Below, one piece after another: positions 56,460-64,000 of a DNA stretch of 64,000 nt; position 1 is the first letter of the stretch; each line of letters starts with the position of its first letter. Under the pieces are notes generated by a model. It was given only the letters and a program-made list of their open reading frames with translations, did not search any database and was not told the DNA's origin. Origin of the DNA: Meyerozyma guilliermondii. Lineage: Eukaryota. A program made the position numbers and the translations under genes. The DNA lies in the NCBI GenBank assembly GCA_051546255.1, contig CP128819.1:930001-994000 (forward strand), given 5' to 3'.

Positions 56460-57959
56460 ATGTCCATCACCAGTAATGAGTTGAACTACTTGGTGTGGCG
56501 GTATCTCGAGGAGTCGGGGCATGATTTGGCTGCGTATGCACTAAATAAGCTGTCTAGGTGCTCGGAGGTACAAGAATTGAAACCTATGGACAACGATGTC
56601 CAGCCTGGTTGTTTAGTAGAATTGGTTCAAAAAGGTATACTATATGGATTGGTGGAGAAAGATAGCAGAAAGGAAGCTGCTTTTAGCTTGTGGGGAGCCT
56701 TGGCTGAAAAGGAGCTAGCTCGACTAAATGGAACCACTATAGTGGAGACTCGAGTAAAGACTGATAATGAAGACATTGAAATGAACGGAGATGGAAATTC
56801 CACAAAAGAAGCAATTTCCAAGACCGAGAAGAAAGAGACAAAACCGGTCATAAACCTAGAACCGAAAGTGACTTTTGGCGAGACAATCTCTTGTCTGTGG
56901 CATCCACTAACTGAGGTGTTGGCGTATGGACAGAAAACCCTGACAGCCGTTATTAGTGCATTCAATGGCGACCAAATTGCCGAATCGGTAGAACTATGCC
57001 ATCCGATTTTGTCTGATACAAAGCCCGAGATCAACGTTGTATCTTGGTCTCCACAAGGAACCGTAATAATATCCGCAGCCACAAATGGAGAACTTCGAGC
57101 GTGGCTGCCGGATGGTAAGCTCAAAAACATAGCCACTGTACCTGGCGGCGGAGACAGGACATTGTGTACTCTTTTGTGGAACACCAATGGTCAACACTTC
57201 ATTTCCATCGATATGAACAACGAAGTGTGTTTATGGGACGGAAACCTCACATTGCTCCAGCAAATACAGCAGCCAGTTTCCTCTGGTGTAGCGACATCTT
57301 CCATTGAAGCATGCTGGTTAGACGACTTCAAATTCGCTGTAAGCTCCGGAAGAAGGTCGATTAAGATATACTCGGTTTTACCTGCCGGTTCGACCGCCGT
57401 AACCAAACCTATCGGCTCACTAGCTGGCCACGAAAACGGAGCCACCATGTTGAGTTTCGACCCGGTGTCGAGATATCTCGCATCTGCGTCCGACTACGAC
57501 TACCTCATCAAGATATGGCACAGCAACTCGTCGCACGACGCTTTGACGTTGAACTCACCTGAGAGTCTGGTTGACCATCGCCATGGATCTCCTCTTGTGT
57601 GTCTTTCGTGGATCGCTCCCTATGTATTAATGAGTGTTCTGATGGAAGGCATAGTCAACATCTGGGATGCCAAGAGTGGTGAGAACAAGAGTAGCACCCG
57701 TCTTTTTGACGTGAACAGTGGTCGGCTACTTTTCAATGCACAACTCTCGCTCAACTCCAAGTTCTTGGCATGTGGTGATAACCATGGTCGAATAAGCATA
57801 TGGGAGGTTTCCGATGAAGGACTAAGCCAACGCGGAGTATATGAAGCTCAGGTGGAAAAAGCATGTGTGTGTGATGTCAAATGGAACATTCATTCACGCA
57901 AGCTTTGTGTATCTTACAATAGTGGCCCCAGTGTAGTGTTGGACTGGGACGAAAGTTAG
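56460..57959 (+). CDS. SIF2: Set3C subunit Sif2 (LisH + WD40, TBL1-like)
   Basis: MSITSNELNYLVWRYLEESG LisH motif, PGCLVELVQKGILY, WD40 repeats. Confidence 0.92.
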   Translation: MSITSNELNYLVWRYLEESGHDLAAYALNKLSRCSEVQELKPMDNDVQPGCLVELVQKGILYGLVEKDSRKEAAFSLWGALAEKELARLNGTTIVETRVKTDNEDIEMNGDGNSTKEAISKTEKKETKPVINLEPKVTFGETISCLWHPLTEVLAYGQKTLTAVISAFNGDQIAESVELCHPILSDTKPEINVVSWSPQGTVIISAATNGELRAWLPDGKLKNIATVPGGGDRTLCTLLWNTNGQHFISIDMNNEVCLWDGNLTLLQQIQQPVSSGVATSSIEACWLDDFKFAVSSGRRSIKIYSVLPAGSTAVTKPIGSLAGHENGATMLSFDPVSRYLASASDYDYLIKIWHSNSSHDALTLNSPESLVDHRHGSPLVCLSWIAPYVLMSVLMEGIVNIWDAKSGENKSSTRLFDVNSGRLLFNAQLSLNSKFLACGDNHGRISIWEVSDEGLSQRGVYEAQVEKACVCDVKWNIHSRKLCVSYNSGPSVVLDWDES

Positions 57960-58006
57960 GCAGTAAGCCATGTACAATAGTGTATTAATATTAAATTTTA
58001 CGACTC

Positions 58007-58422
58007 TTATTTCGTTGCCAGCGAAACAGCCAGTGTTACCAGCGACGCAACGTTCGACAACAAACTCAGCTTAGGGGCAGAGCCGGTGTTGGGAAAGAAC
58101 AAGTCCAAGTAGCAGGTGAATAACGACACGATTGCGAACACAATTCTCAAAAATGGAGGCTGAGCGTCGGCTGGCTTTTCGCCATTGATGGGCTCATTCA
58201 AGTACGATTGGATAGCGAGAAACAACGATGCCCACGACAACAATTTGTTTCTCATGAACATGGCCGCCATGGGCAAAGATTGGGCAATCATCCCCGAAGC
58301 CTCTGTTCTTGGCTTTGCGGGTATATGCTTGTATCTGGGTTAGCACAGTTACAAAAACACCGAGAAAAAAGAACCAGGACTTACGGAACAACCAAATCTG
58401 AACGGACTACGTTGGAAGACAT
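58007..58422 (-). CDS. PAT complex subunit Asterix/PAT10-like (YPR063C-like) membrane protein, 121 aa (exons 58422-58385 and 58334-58007)
   Basis: Spliced product MSSNVVRSDLVVPYKHIP...SLPMAAMFMRNKLLSW matches the fungal UPF0139 pattern R.DL.VPY / LPMAAMF.RNK...W. Confidence 0.82.
58335..58384 (-). other. Spliceosomal intron (50 nt)
   Basis: GTAAGT ... TGCTAAC-C-CAG; removal restores the frame and a conserved N-terminus. Confidence 0.9.
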
Positions 58423-58523
58423 GGTGAGAATTGGCGAAATTGAAATAAAGTGCGCCTCTCTATCGGGAATATATGCAGGTGCACATTATGGCTGCAACTT
58501 TTCATGAACAATCGATGGGGTGT

Positions 58524-59264
58524 TTATAGGTCAATTGTGTCAATTTCGTGAAGGAGGTCTTGTTGGCCATAGTATATGCCAATTATGGCCACCAAATAAG
58601 CAAATGTGTACTTTGTAGTAGAGTCGAGTTGGTGGTTGGCTCTGGTGTAGATTCGGATAGCTTTTTTGGCAGTTTCTCGTAAGACAGCAGTCTCTGAGTA
58701 GTCTAATGGTGTGTCCAAGCGCACTAGAAGAGTGAATAGCCATAAGGAGAGGTTTGGAGAGGTTTTGGCACTGAGCCATTTAGTGGCATAGACAATAAGT
58801 TTCACCACGGAGGAGTGAGTAAGAGCCATGAAATAGGTATGTTCTGGTGGTTCCGAGCCCATAATGAGAGTTCTCCATTCCACAGAGGTGTCCGGATAAG
58901 TATAGGAGTTTTTTTGTTGTGACTGTTTCATATCAGTTTTCTGGTCCATAAATTTGTCCATCACCGTTTTGGCCCATATTTGAAATTTTTTATTAGATTC
59001 AGGTTTATCATTTGTAAGAGTCGAGCTTTTTGATATATTTCGGTCTCTTGTCGCAAATACCACAGTTTCATCACTCAATGCCTCTCGTCGAACTTCCTTC
59101 AAGTAGTTTGTCACATCAGAGTCACCCTCCATAGGGAGCACTGGATGCGACCCAAAAGCCTCATCTAACGGGCCCTGGGTATATTTTCCTATATTTGCAT
59201 CGTCTTCTGATTCTCTGGCTCGCTTCAGGACTCCCGACCTTGCTTCGCCGATTCGTTTGCTCAT
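58524..59264 (-). CDS. BRR1: Gemin2/Brr1-like snRNP assembly factor
   Basis: YLKEVRREA and WLFTLLVRLDTPL...LRE.AK...YGQQDL are Gemin2 hallmarks; adjacent to TFB4 as in S. cerevisiae. Confidence 0.8.
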   Translation of the reverse strand: MSKRIGEARSGVLKRARESEDDANIGKYTQGPLDEAFGSHPVLPMEGDSDVTNYLKEVRREALSDETVVFATRDRNISKSSTLTNDKPESNKKFQIWAKTVMDKFMDQKTDMKQSQQKNSYTYPDTSVEWRTLIMGSEPPEHTYFMALTHSSVVKLIVYATKWLSAKTSPNLSLWLFTLLVRLDTPLDYSETAVLRETAKKAIRIYTRANHQLDSTTKYTFAYLVAIIGIYYGQQDLLHEIDTIDL

Positions 59265-59360
59265 ACCTCCTCCTCTCTATCTTTGTCAAAACAGATGAAG
59301 AATCCTGCATTTGGCAGCGCGATGCCTCTCCAAATGCGAAATGGCAACGAATCTCACTTT

Positions 59361-60431
59361 ATGGATGCAATTGCAGATCGGGTAGTGACCGACTTTGGGC
59401 ACCCCGAAACATTTACGGATGACCCATCGCTTCTCACAGTGATCTTGGACTTGAATCCGCTAGGATGGTACAACATCAGAAACAGAACCACAGTAAAAGA
59501 GGTAACCAAGTCGTTGATCGTATTCATGAATGCCCATTTATCGTTGAACAATTCCAATAGAGTGGCCTTTCTCACAGCATCTCCTTCTGGGGCCCGCTTC
59601 TTGTACCCTAATACAATGTCAGATCAAAAGGATACCGCAAATACATTGGTAAATCGGGGTATGTATCGGCAGTTTCGAATTGTCGACGAAACCGTTTTAC
59701 TGGAACTTAATAACGAGTTCCAAGCAGTAGCCCAATCTGAACTCACAGATTACAAGTCCACCGTATCGGGAGCATTGAGCTTGGCTCTCACGTATACCCA
59801 TCGAATGCTCACCTTGGATGAGTCCATTTCCACCACCACTGCATCTGCCATCAGCACCTCCACCAATGTTGCCTCTAACTCGTCTGCTGCCGGAGCAGGC
59901 TCCACCGGTGCCAGCAACCTCATATCTATGAAGTCACGGATTCTTGTGGTTTCGCCCGATGATAATGACGATATTCGGTACATTCCAATAATGAACTCTA
60001 TTTTTGCAGCGCAGAAAATGAAGGTTTCCATCGATGTGGTGAAACTCGGCTCCAAGGACGTATCGTACCTCCAGCAAGCAGCAGACGCTACCAATGGCGT
60101 TTATTTACACGTACAAAACCCCGAAGGTTTAATTCAGGTACTCTCTACGGCATATTTCATCGAGCCTTCACTCCGGCCATTGGTGGTGCTTCCCACCAAT
60201 TCCAACGTCAACTACCGAGCGTCTTGCTTCGTTACCGGCAAATCCATAGACCTTGGTTTTGTCTGCTCCGTGTGTCTTTGCATCATGAGCATCATACCCG
60301 ACCTGGGAAAGTGCCCCACTTGCCAGTCGGAATTCGACCCCAATATACTATCGCAGCTTCGACGGTCTCCGGCGGTTCTCCCCAGGAAAAAAAGAAAAGT
60401 TGACCCGCCCAATGGAACCCCAGCAGCCTAG
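59361..60431 (+). CDS. TFB4: TFIIH core subunit Tfb4 (p34)
   Basis: MDAIAD start like yeast Tfb4; vWA-like PSLLTVILD, YIPIMNSIFAAQK, YRASCF...GFVCSVCLCIMS...CPTC. Upstream in-frame ATGs exist at 59295, 59322 and 59334. Confidence 0.94.
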   Translation: MDAIADRVVTDFGHPETFTDDPSLLTVILDLNPLGWYNIRNRTTVKEVTKSLIVFMNAHLSLNNSNRVAFLTASPSGARFLYPNTMSDQKDTANTLVNRGMYRQFRIVDETVLLELNNEFQAVAQSELTDYKSTVSGALSLALTYTHRMLTLDESISTTTASAISTSTNVASNSSAAGAGSTGASNLISMKSRILVVSPDDNDDIRYIPIMNSIFAAQKMKVSIDVVKLGSKDVSYLQQAADATNGVYLHVQNPEGLIQVLSTAYFIEPSLRPLVVLPTNSNVNYRASCFVTGKSIDLGFVCSVCLCIMSIIPDLGKCPTCQSEFDPNILSQLRRSPAVLPRKKRKVDPPNGTPAA

Positions 60432-60826
60432 CTTATTCCATGATCTATCACTCTAAACTGGAAGTCCCGGGGATAACCATGTTTATCGATCATATGTAGC
60501 CGTCGCTTCTGACGATCAATACACAATTTTTTGCACCCTGAACCATACTCGAGGCATCGATACACCTTCTGACCCTGCTCTTTCTTGATTTGAAAGAACG
60601 GATCGTGGTTTTCCTCGATGTGGACTTGCAAATAGGCATCGCTGGGAAATCTACGTTTACATTCGTTGCATTGATGGTAATGATATCCAAGTATATGAGC
60701 CTCATATTCATCCTGAGAGGAAAATTTTATGTTTTTCTGGTTGCAGTTGACGAAGGGACAAGGAAACGACTCGCTGAGAGTTCTCAGAGATTCATTATTG
60801 GACTCCTCATCTCTAGCTCTTTTCAT
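60428..60826 (-). CDS. Small C2H2 zinc-finger protein, ZNF511-like
   Basis: C..C...F.....L..HI.E.HDPFF...Y.C....C.......R..HMI..HGYP..F.F signature; the start may instead be 60874 or 60853. Confidence 0.75.
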   Translation of the reverse strand: MKRARDEESNNESLRTLSESFPCPFVNCNQKNIKFSSQDEYEAHILGYHYHQCNECKRRFPSDAYLQVHIEENHDPFFQIKKEQGQKVYRCLEYGSGCKKLCIDRQKRRLHMIDKHGYPRDFQFRVIDHGIS

Positions 60827-60935
60827 GAATTTGATTTCGCAGCAGTTGCTCATCCTATGCAATGTGCACACCATAACTAAATATCAATGCAATATATTAC
60901 AAGCTTGTTCTAGCTCTAAGTACGTCGCTGAAGGT

Positions 60936-61437
60936 CTAGACACCAATATCCTCGTTCCAGTCTTGTGGTCTTTCCTTGATAAACTTGGCCATCAAGTCTT
61001 TGCACTCCTGGTTGTTGAGGTTCACCACCTCAATTCCCAGCTTGCGAATCCAGTCCTCGGCCCCCATAAAAGTCTCGTTCTCTCCCACCACCACACGCTT
61101 GACTCCGTACATAATACAGGCGCCGGAGCACATGGAACATGGAGACAAAGTGGTGTACATGGTGCAGTTTTTGTAAACGCTGCCCTTGAGACGACCAGCG
61201 TTTTCCAACGTCGAGATCTCACCATGCAAAGTGGCCGAGTCCTTCTGGAAACGCAAGTTGTGGCCACGGCCGAGAACAGTGCCGTCTTCACTGATCAAGG
61301 CTCCACCAATAGGAACTCCGCCTTCTTCGTATCCTGGTCTTAGTACTTGTGGATGGTAGATATGGTAGGACCTAACACTTACCTTTCTTGGCTTCTTCAA
61401 TAGCGATAGCTAAGCCCTTTTCGTCGTCAAATGCCAT
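60936..61437 (-). CDS. FCY1: Cytosine deaminase, 150 aa (exons 61437-61383 and 61333-60936)
   Basis: Spliced MAFDDEKGLAIAIEEAKKGYEEGGVPIGG...HGE...LSPCSMC...WNEDIG; zinc deaminase motifs. Confidence 0.96.
61334..61382 (-). other. Spliceosomal intron in FCY1 (49 nt) with TACTAAG branch point
   Basis: GTAAGT ... TACTAAG-AC-CAG; required to join the ATG exon to the catalytic exon. Confidence 0.9.
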
Positions 61438-61486
61438 TTTGGATAATATAAGATGAGATTGACAAATTCTGTCGCTTAAACCTCGG

Positions 61487-61503
61487 CGCGCGCATTGCGC
61501 GCG
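61487..61503. repeat. 17-bp GC palindrome CGCGCGCA-T-TGCGCGCG in the FCY1 promoter
   Basis: Perfect 8-bp inverted arms with a 1-nt spacer. Confidence 0.9.
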
Positions 61504-61569
61504 ATTAGCAATCCTATTTGGGACCATATTGCGCTCTGATCTCATCGCAGTGTTTCACTTGAAAGTGCT

Positions 61570-64000
61570 TCACTTGAAGGCATTGATACGGCCCATTCTG
61601 TCCACTGTAATTACTAAACCTTCTCTTGTCGCAACCGCACCAGTCACTATATCGTCGTGGTAACTCAAGTGTTCACCAACCACTTTATCCTGTCGTTTTT
61701 CATTGATAATTTGCATCGTGGAGTTGATCTTTGTGCTCGTAAATGTCGAATTTGTAGATATGGCTTTTGATTTGGTAGGATCTCCGAGGTTCCAAACCAC
61801 TATCTCACCGCCCTGGGTGCTGGTAATCATGTAGTGTGAACGCCCATGTTTGACATGCTTGAGAGCTGTCATACTTCTTACCACAGTTTCTGTGGTGAAG
61901 TTCATCACATCCTGAACCAACTGCTCGATTCTGATTTCTTTCTTGGGCTTGTCCATAGGAATCAACTGGTAAGACTTTATCTGCGGGTATGCCACGTACG
62001 AGCTGTATATCTGTCGACACTCGAATTTGGGAACCTGCCAAATGGAGAAATCCGACTCTTGATCTCCCGCAACCATGGCAAAGTATTCCTCACCATCTCT
62101 CCCGTAATCGGTAAGTGCCAGTAAGATTTTGATGGGAAACCTCGTTCCGAGCTCACTGCTCTCGTCAATATCGAAATCCATGTCAAGTCGCCAGGTTCGA
62201 ACTTCAATGTGAAACCGAAGATCCCATAGACTGAGTATACCCATACTTGTTCCACAAATGAGCCACGAATGATCCGAGCCAACTAAGAACGTATTGATGG
62301 CTCCATATTTCAACTTGCTTTGTAGTTCGTACTGCTTTTCCATTTTGATCACATCAAACCCAATGAATTTGGCCATTGTAGTCGAAGCAATGAGAAGATC
62401 TCCTTCGCCATTTCCAATCTCTAGTTGTGTAACATACCCATCGGCGGTCAAGTCGAGCTCATAGCTTCGGATCTGCTTCAACCCGTGGTACCTGATAGCC
62501 TTCTTGTTACCACGAACAACCTCAATTCGAAAGATTAAAACTCGCCCATCTATCGTGGAAACGGCTATGACGTTGCGATTGGGTAAAAACTTGATTGAAG
62601 TTATCAGCGAGCCGATTTTGGTCAAAAGTGACGAGCTTCGAACCGAAACCTCCTTCTCGAGTTTTGATGTATCCCAGACTCTTAGCAAACCAGAGTCGCT
62701 GCCGGTGACGAAAAAATCAGACCTAGGACTCACTTCCAAGCACCGGATAGCATCGATTGAGCCCAAGCTGGACTGTGAGTTTATATGTGACAAAAGTAGT
62801 CCACCGAAGTCCCAGTCTTCGTCGCTGATGGTTTCGGCGGATTTCTTAACAACCTTGCCAAATTCAGGAAAGCTGTTCATGGTGGGAGTGATTTCAACTC
62901 CGTTCAAAAACTTCAAAACGTTGGGGTTCTGACCGTTATAACTGTGCTTGACATTGGCCGTGATAATCTTCTGCTTGTTAATATTTAAGACATGGTGACT
63001 GCTAGTCGTTTCCTTGGTCGAGTGTAGGTGATGGTGGTGGCCAGCACTCTTCGAATCACCGCCTACTTCAATCTCTCCGTAAACGTTGGCCTGAACGGTT
63101 TCTAACGACGCTTTAACCGTCTTGAAGTTGGGGAGAATCAAAGAATTCGAGTCCCGTCGAGCCAGATCCTTTAGTTTTTTCCCATTCATGTCCATGTCGA
63201 AAGAGTCACTTCTGGTTTCCATTCGGTTGCTTTCAGCTACTTGCTCGGTTTTGTAACACACCTCAAAGAAGACATTGTGTGGGGTGATGTTCACCTTACT
63301 GTAGTCGTACTGTTTTCTATTCGATGTGGAATAGTTGAAGCGGCTAACATGATAGACATATTCTCGCACAGCAAGAACCTTCCATGAATCTCGCTCGTCG
63401 AGTCCAGTCGCCTTGAGCTTGAGTAGCCACTGCTTATCTTCTGCTGATAACGGAAGGGAGTTTCTGATCGCCATAGGATCGTCGTGTCCAGACTTGGGAA
63501 CATAAACTGATTTTGATGAGGGTTTGACAAAAGGTATACTTGTCTTTGATATCCTATTACCATAAGCGCCGGTCAATTGTGAAAAAGTTCGTTGCTGCCA
63601 GAATAAAGATTTGGCAGTAGCATTTAACGACCATGTAATGATCAAATCAAACACTTGTTTGCTAAGTGGTTTCACGAGGCAAGGGTATAGGGTATCCCAG
63701 GAAATTTCTGCTAGATCAAACGAAAGATATTCTTTGATAATTGGGTACAAAAAAGTATACCTGTCGGCATACAGTAGGTTATCGCTGATTGCAAGTACTA
63801 ACGACAAGACCGATTGTCGAATCCACTCATTGGGATGAAGTAACAAGATTATCGAGCTGGTGAGCATCTCCTTGTATATCGAAAGAGAGTTGAAATCGGC
63901 TTTTGGATTGACAACTCTGGCTCTGACAAACTTCGAAAAGATTTCTAGTACTTTGATCACCACCAATTGCTCAGAGTCTCCCAAAGTTTGAACAAGAAGT
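61570..64000 (-). CDS. VPS15: PI3-kinase regulatory subunit Vps15, C-terminal part (HEAT end + WD40); 5' end outside window
   Basis: LLHPNEWIRQ, PLS.EDKQWL.KL...G, FFVTGSD.G..RVWD...LE, G....WDLRF motifs; frame open to the window edge. Confidence 0.9.
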   Translation of the reverse strand, partial: LLVQTLGDSEQLVVIKVLEIFSKFVRARVVNPKADFNSLSIYKEMLTSSIILLLHPNEWIRQSVLSLVLAISDNLLYADRYTFLYPIIKEYLSFDLAEISWDTLYPCLVKPLSKQVFDLIITWSLNATAKSLFWQQRTFSQLTGAYGNRISKTSIPFVKPSSKSVYVPKSGHDDPMAIRNSLPLSAEDKQWLLKLKATGLDERDSWKVLAVREYVYHVSRFNYSTSNRKQYDYSKVNITPHNVFFEVCYKTEQVAESNRMETRSDSFDMDMNGKKLKDLARRDSNSLILPNFKTVKASLETVQANVYGEIEVGGDSKSAGHHHHLHSTKETTSSHHVLNINKQKIITANVKHSYNGQNPNVLKFLNGVEITPTMNSFPEFGKVVKKSAETISDEDWDFGGLLLSHINSQSSLGSIDAIRCLEVSPRSDFFVTGSDSGLLRVWDTSKLEKEVSVRSSSLLTKIGSLITSIKFLPNRNVIAVSTIDGRVLIFRIEVVRGNKKAIRYHGLKQIRSYELDLTADGYVTQLEIGNGEGDLLIASTTMAKFIGFDVIKMEKQYELQSKLKYGAINTFLVGSDHSWLICGTSMGILSLWDLRFHIEVRTWRLDMDFDIDESSELGTRFPIKILLALTDYGRDGEEYFAMVAGDQESDFSIWQVPKFECRQIYSSYVAYPQIKSYQLIPMDKPKKEIRIEQLVQDVMNFTTETVVRSMTALKHVKHGRSHYMITSTQGGEIVVWNLGDPTKSKAISTNSTFTSTKINSTMQIINEKRQDKVVGEHLSYHDDIVTGAVATREGLVITVDRMGRINAFK

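Noticed and set aside
60729..61343. 204-aa plus-strand ORF antisense to FCY1 and the ZNF511-like gene
   Set aside because: Lies opposite two well-supported genes and shows no recognisable motif.
1..64000. tRNA, rRNA, snoRNA, transposon, CRISPR or prokaryotic defence-type systems
   Set aside because: No cloverleaf or A/B boxes, convincing C/D pairs, transposase/RT motifs or spaced repeat arrays seen by eye; small ncRNAs could be missed without Infernal or tRNAscan.

Overview
Compact, gene-dense nuclear chromosome segment of a budding yeast that uses the alternative CUG=Ser code (Serinales/CTG clade; the Myo5 sequence and overall style suggest the Meyerozyma guilliermondii complex, not verified). 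About 30 protein-coding genes can be supported: a partial PQ-loop transporter, HUB1, PPG1, ARG8, ZRG17, SRB8/MED12, MYO5, RSA4, a highly diverged RAD55-like Rad51 paralog, SSK2, IMG2, ZAP1/CSR1, an orphan 432-aa gene, PAT1, ABZ1, a ROY1-like F-box gene, COX7, PSH1, a PET111-like PPR gene, PEX8, KRI1, a DUF1479/Gig2-like oxygenase, CDR1, a QDR3-like MFS pump, EXO84, SIF2, an Asterix/PAT10-like gene, BRR1, TFB4, a ZNF511-like gene, FCY1 and partial VPS15. Three tiny spliceosomal introns (49, 50 and 64 nt) are not modelled by the ORF track. I found no tRNA, rRNA, transposon or CRISPR. The most notable signals are: (1) an apparent Rad55 ortholog that has lost both Walker motifs and gained an SQ cluster; (2) a divergent DUF1479-oxygenase/CDR1 pair sharing a 2-kb promoter rich in Zn-cluster and bZIP sites, followed directly by a second efflux pump; (3) a candidate autoregulatory zinc-response element at ZAP1; (4) PAC elements of RSA4 written into the last codons of the upstream gene; (5) a non-canonical TACTAAG branch point in FCY1; (6) unnamed motifs recurring across the short promoters. 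All homology calls are by eye and from memory; no searches were run.
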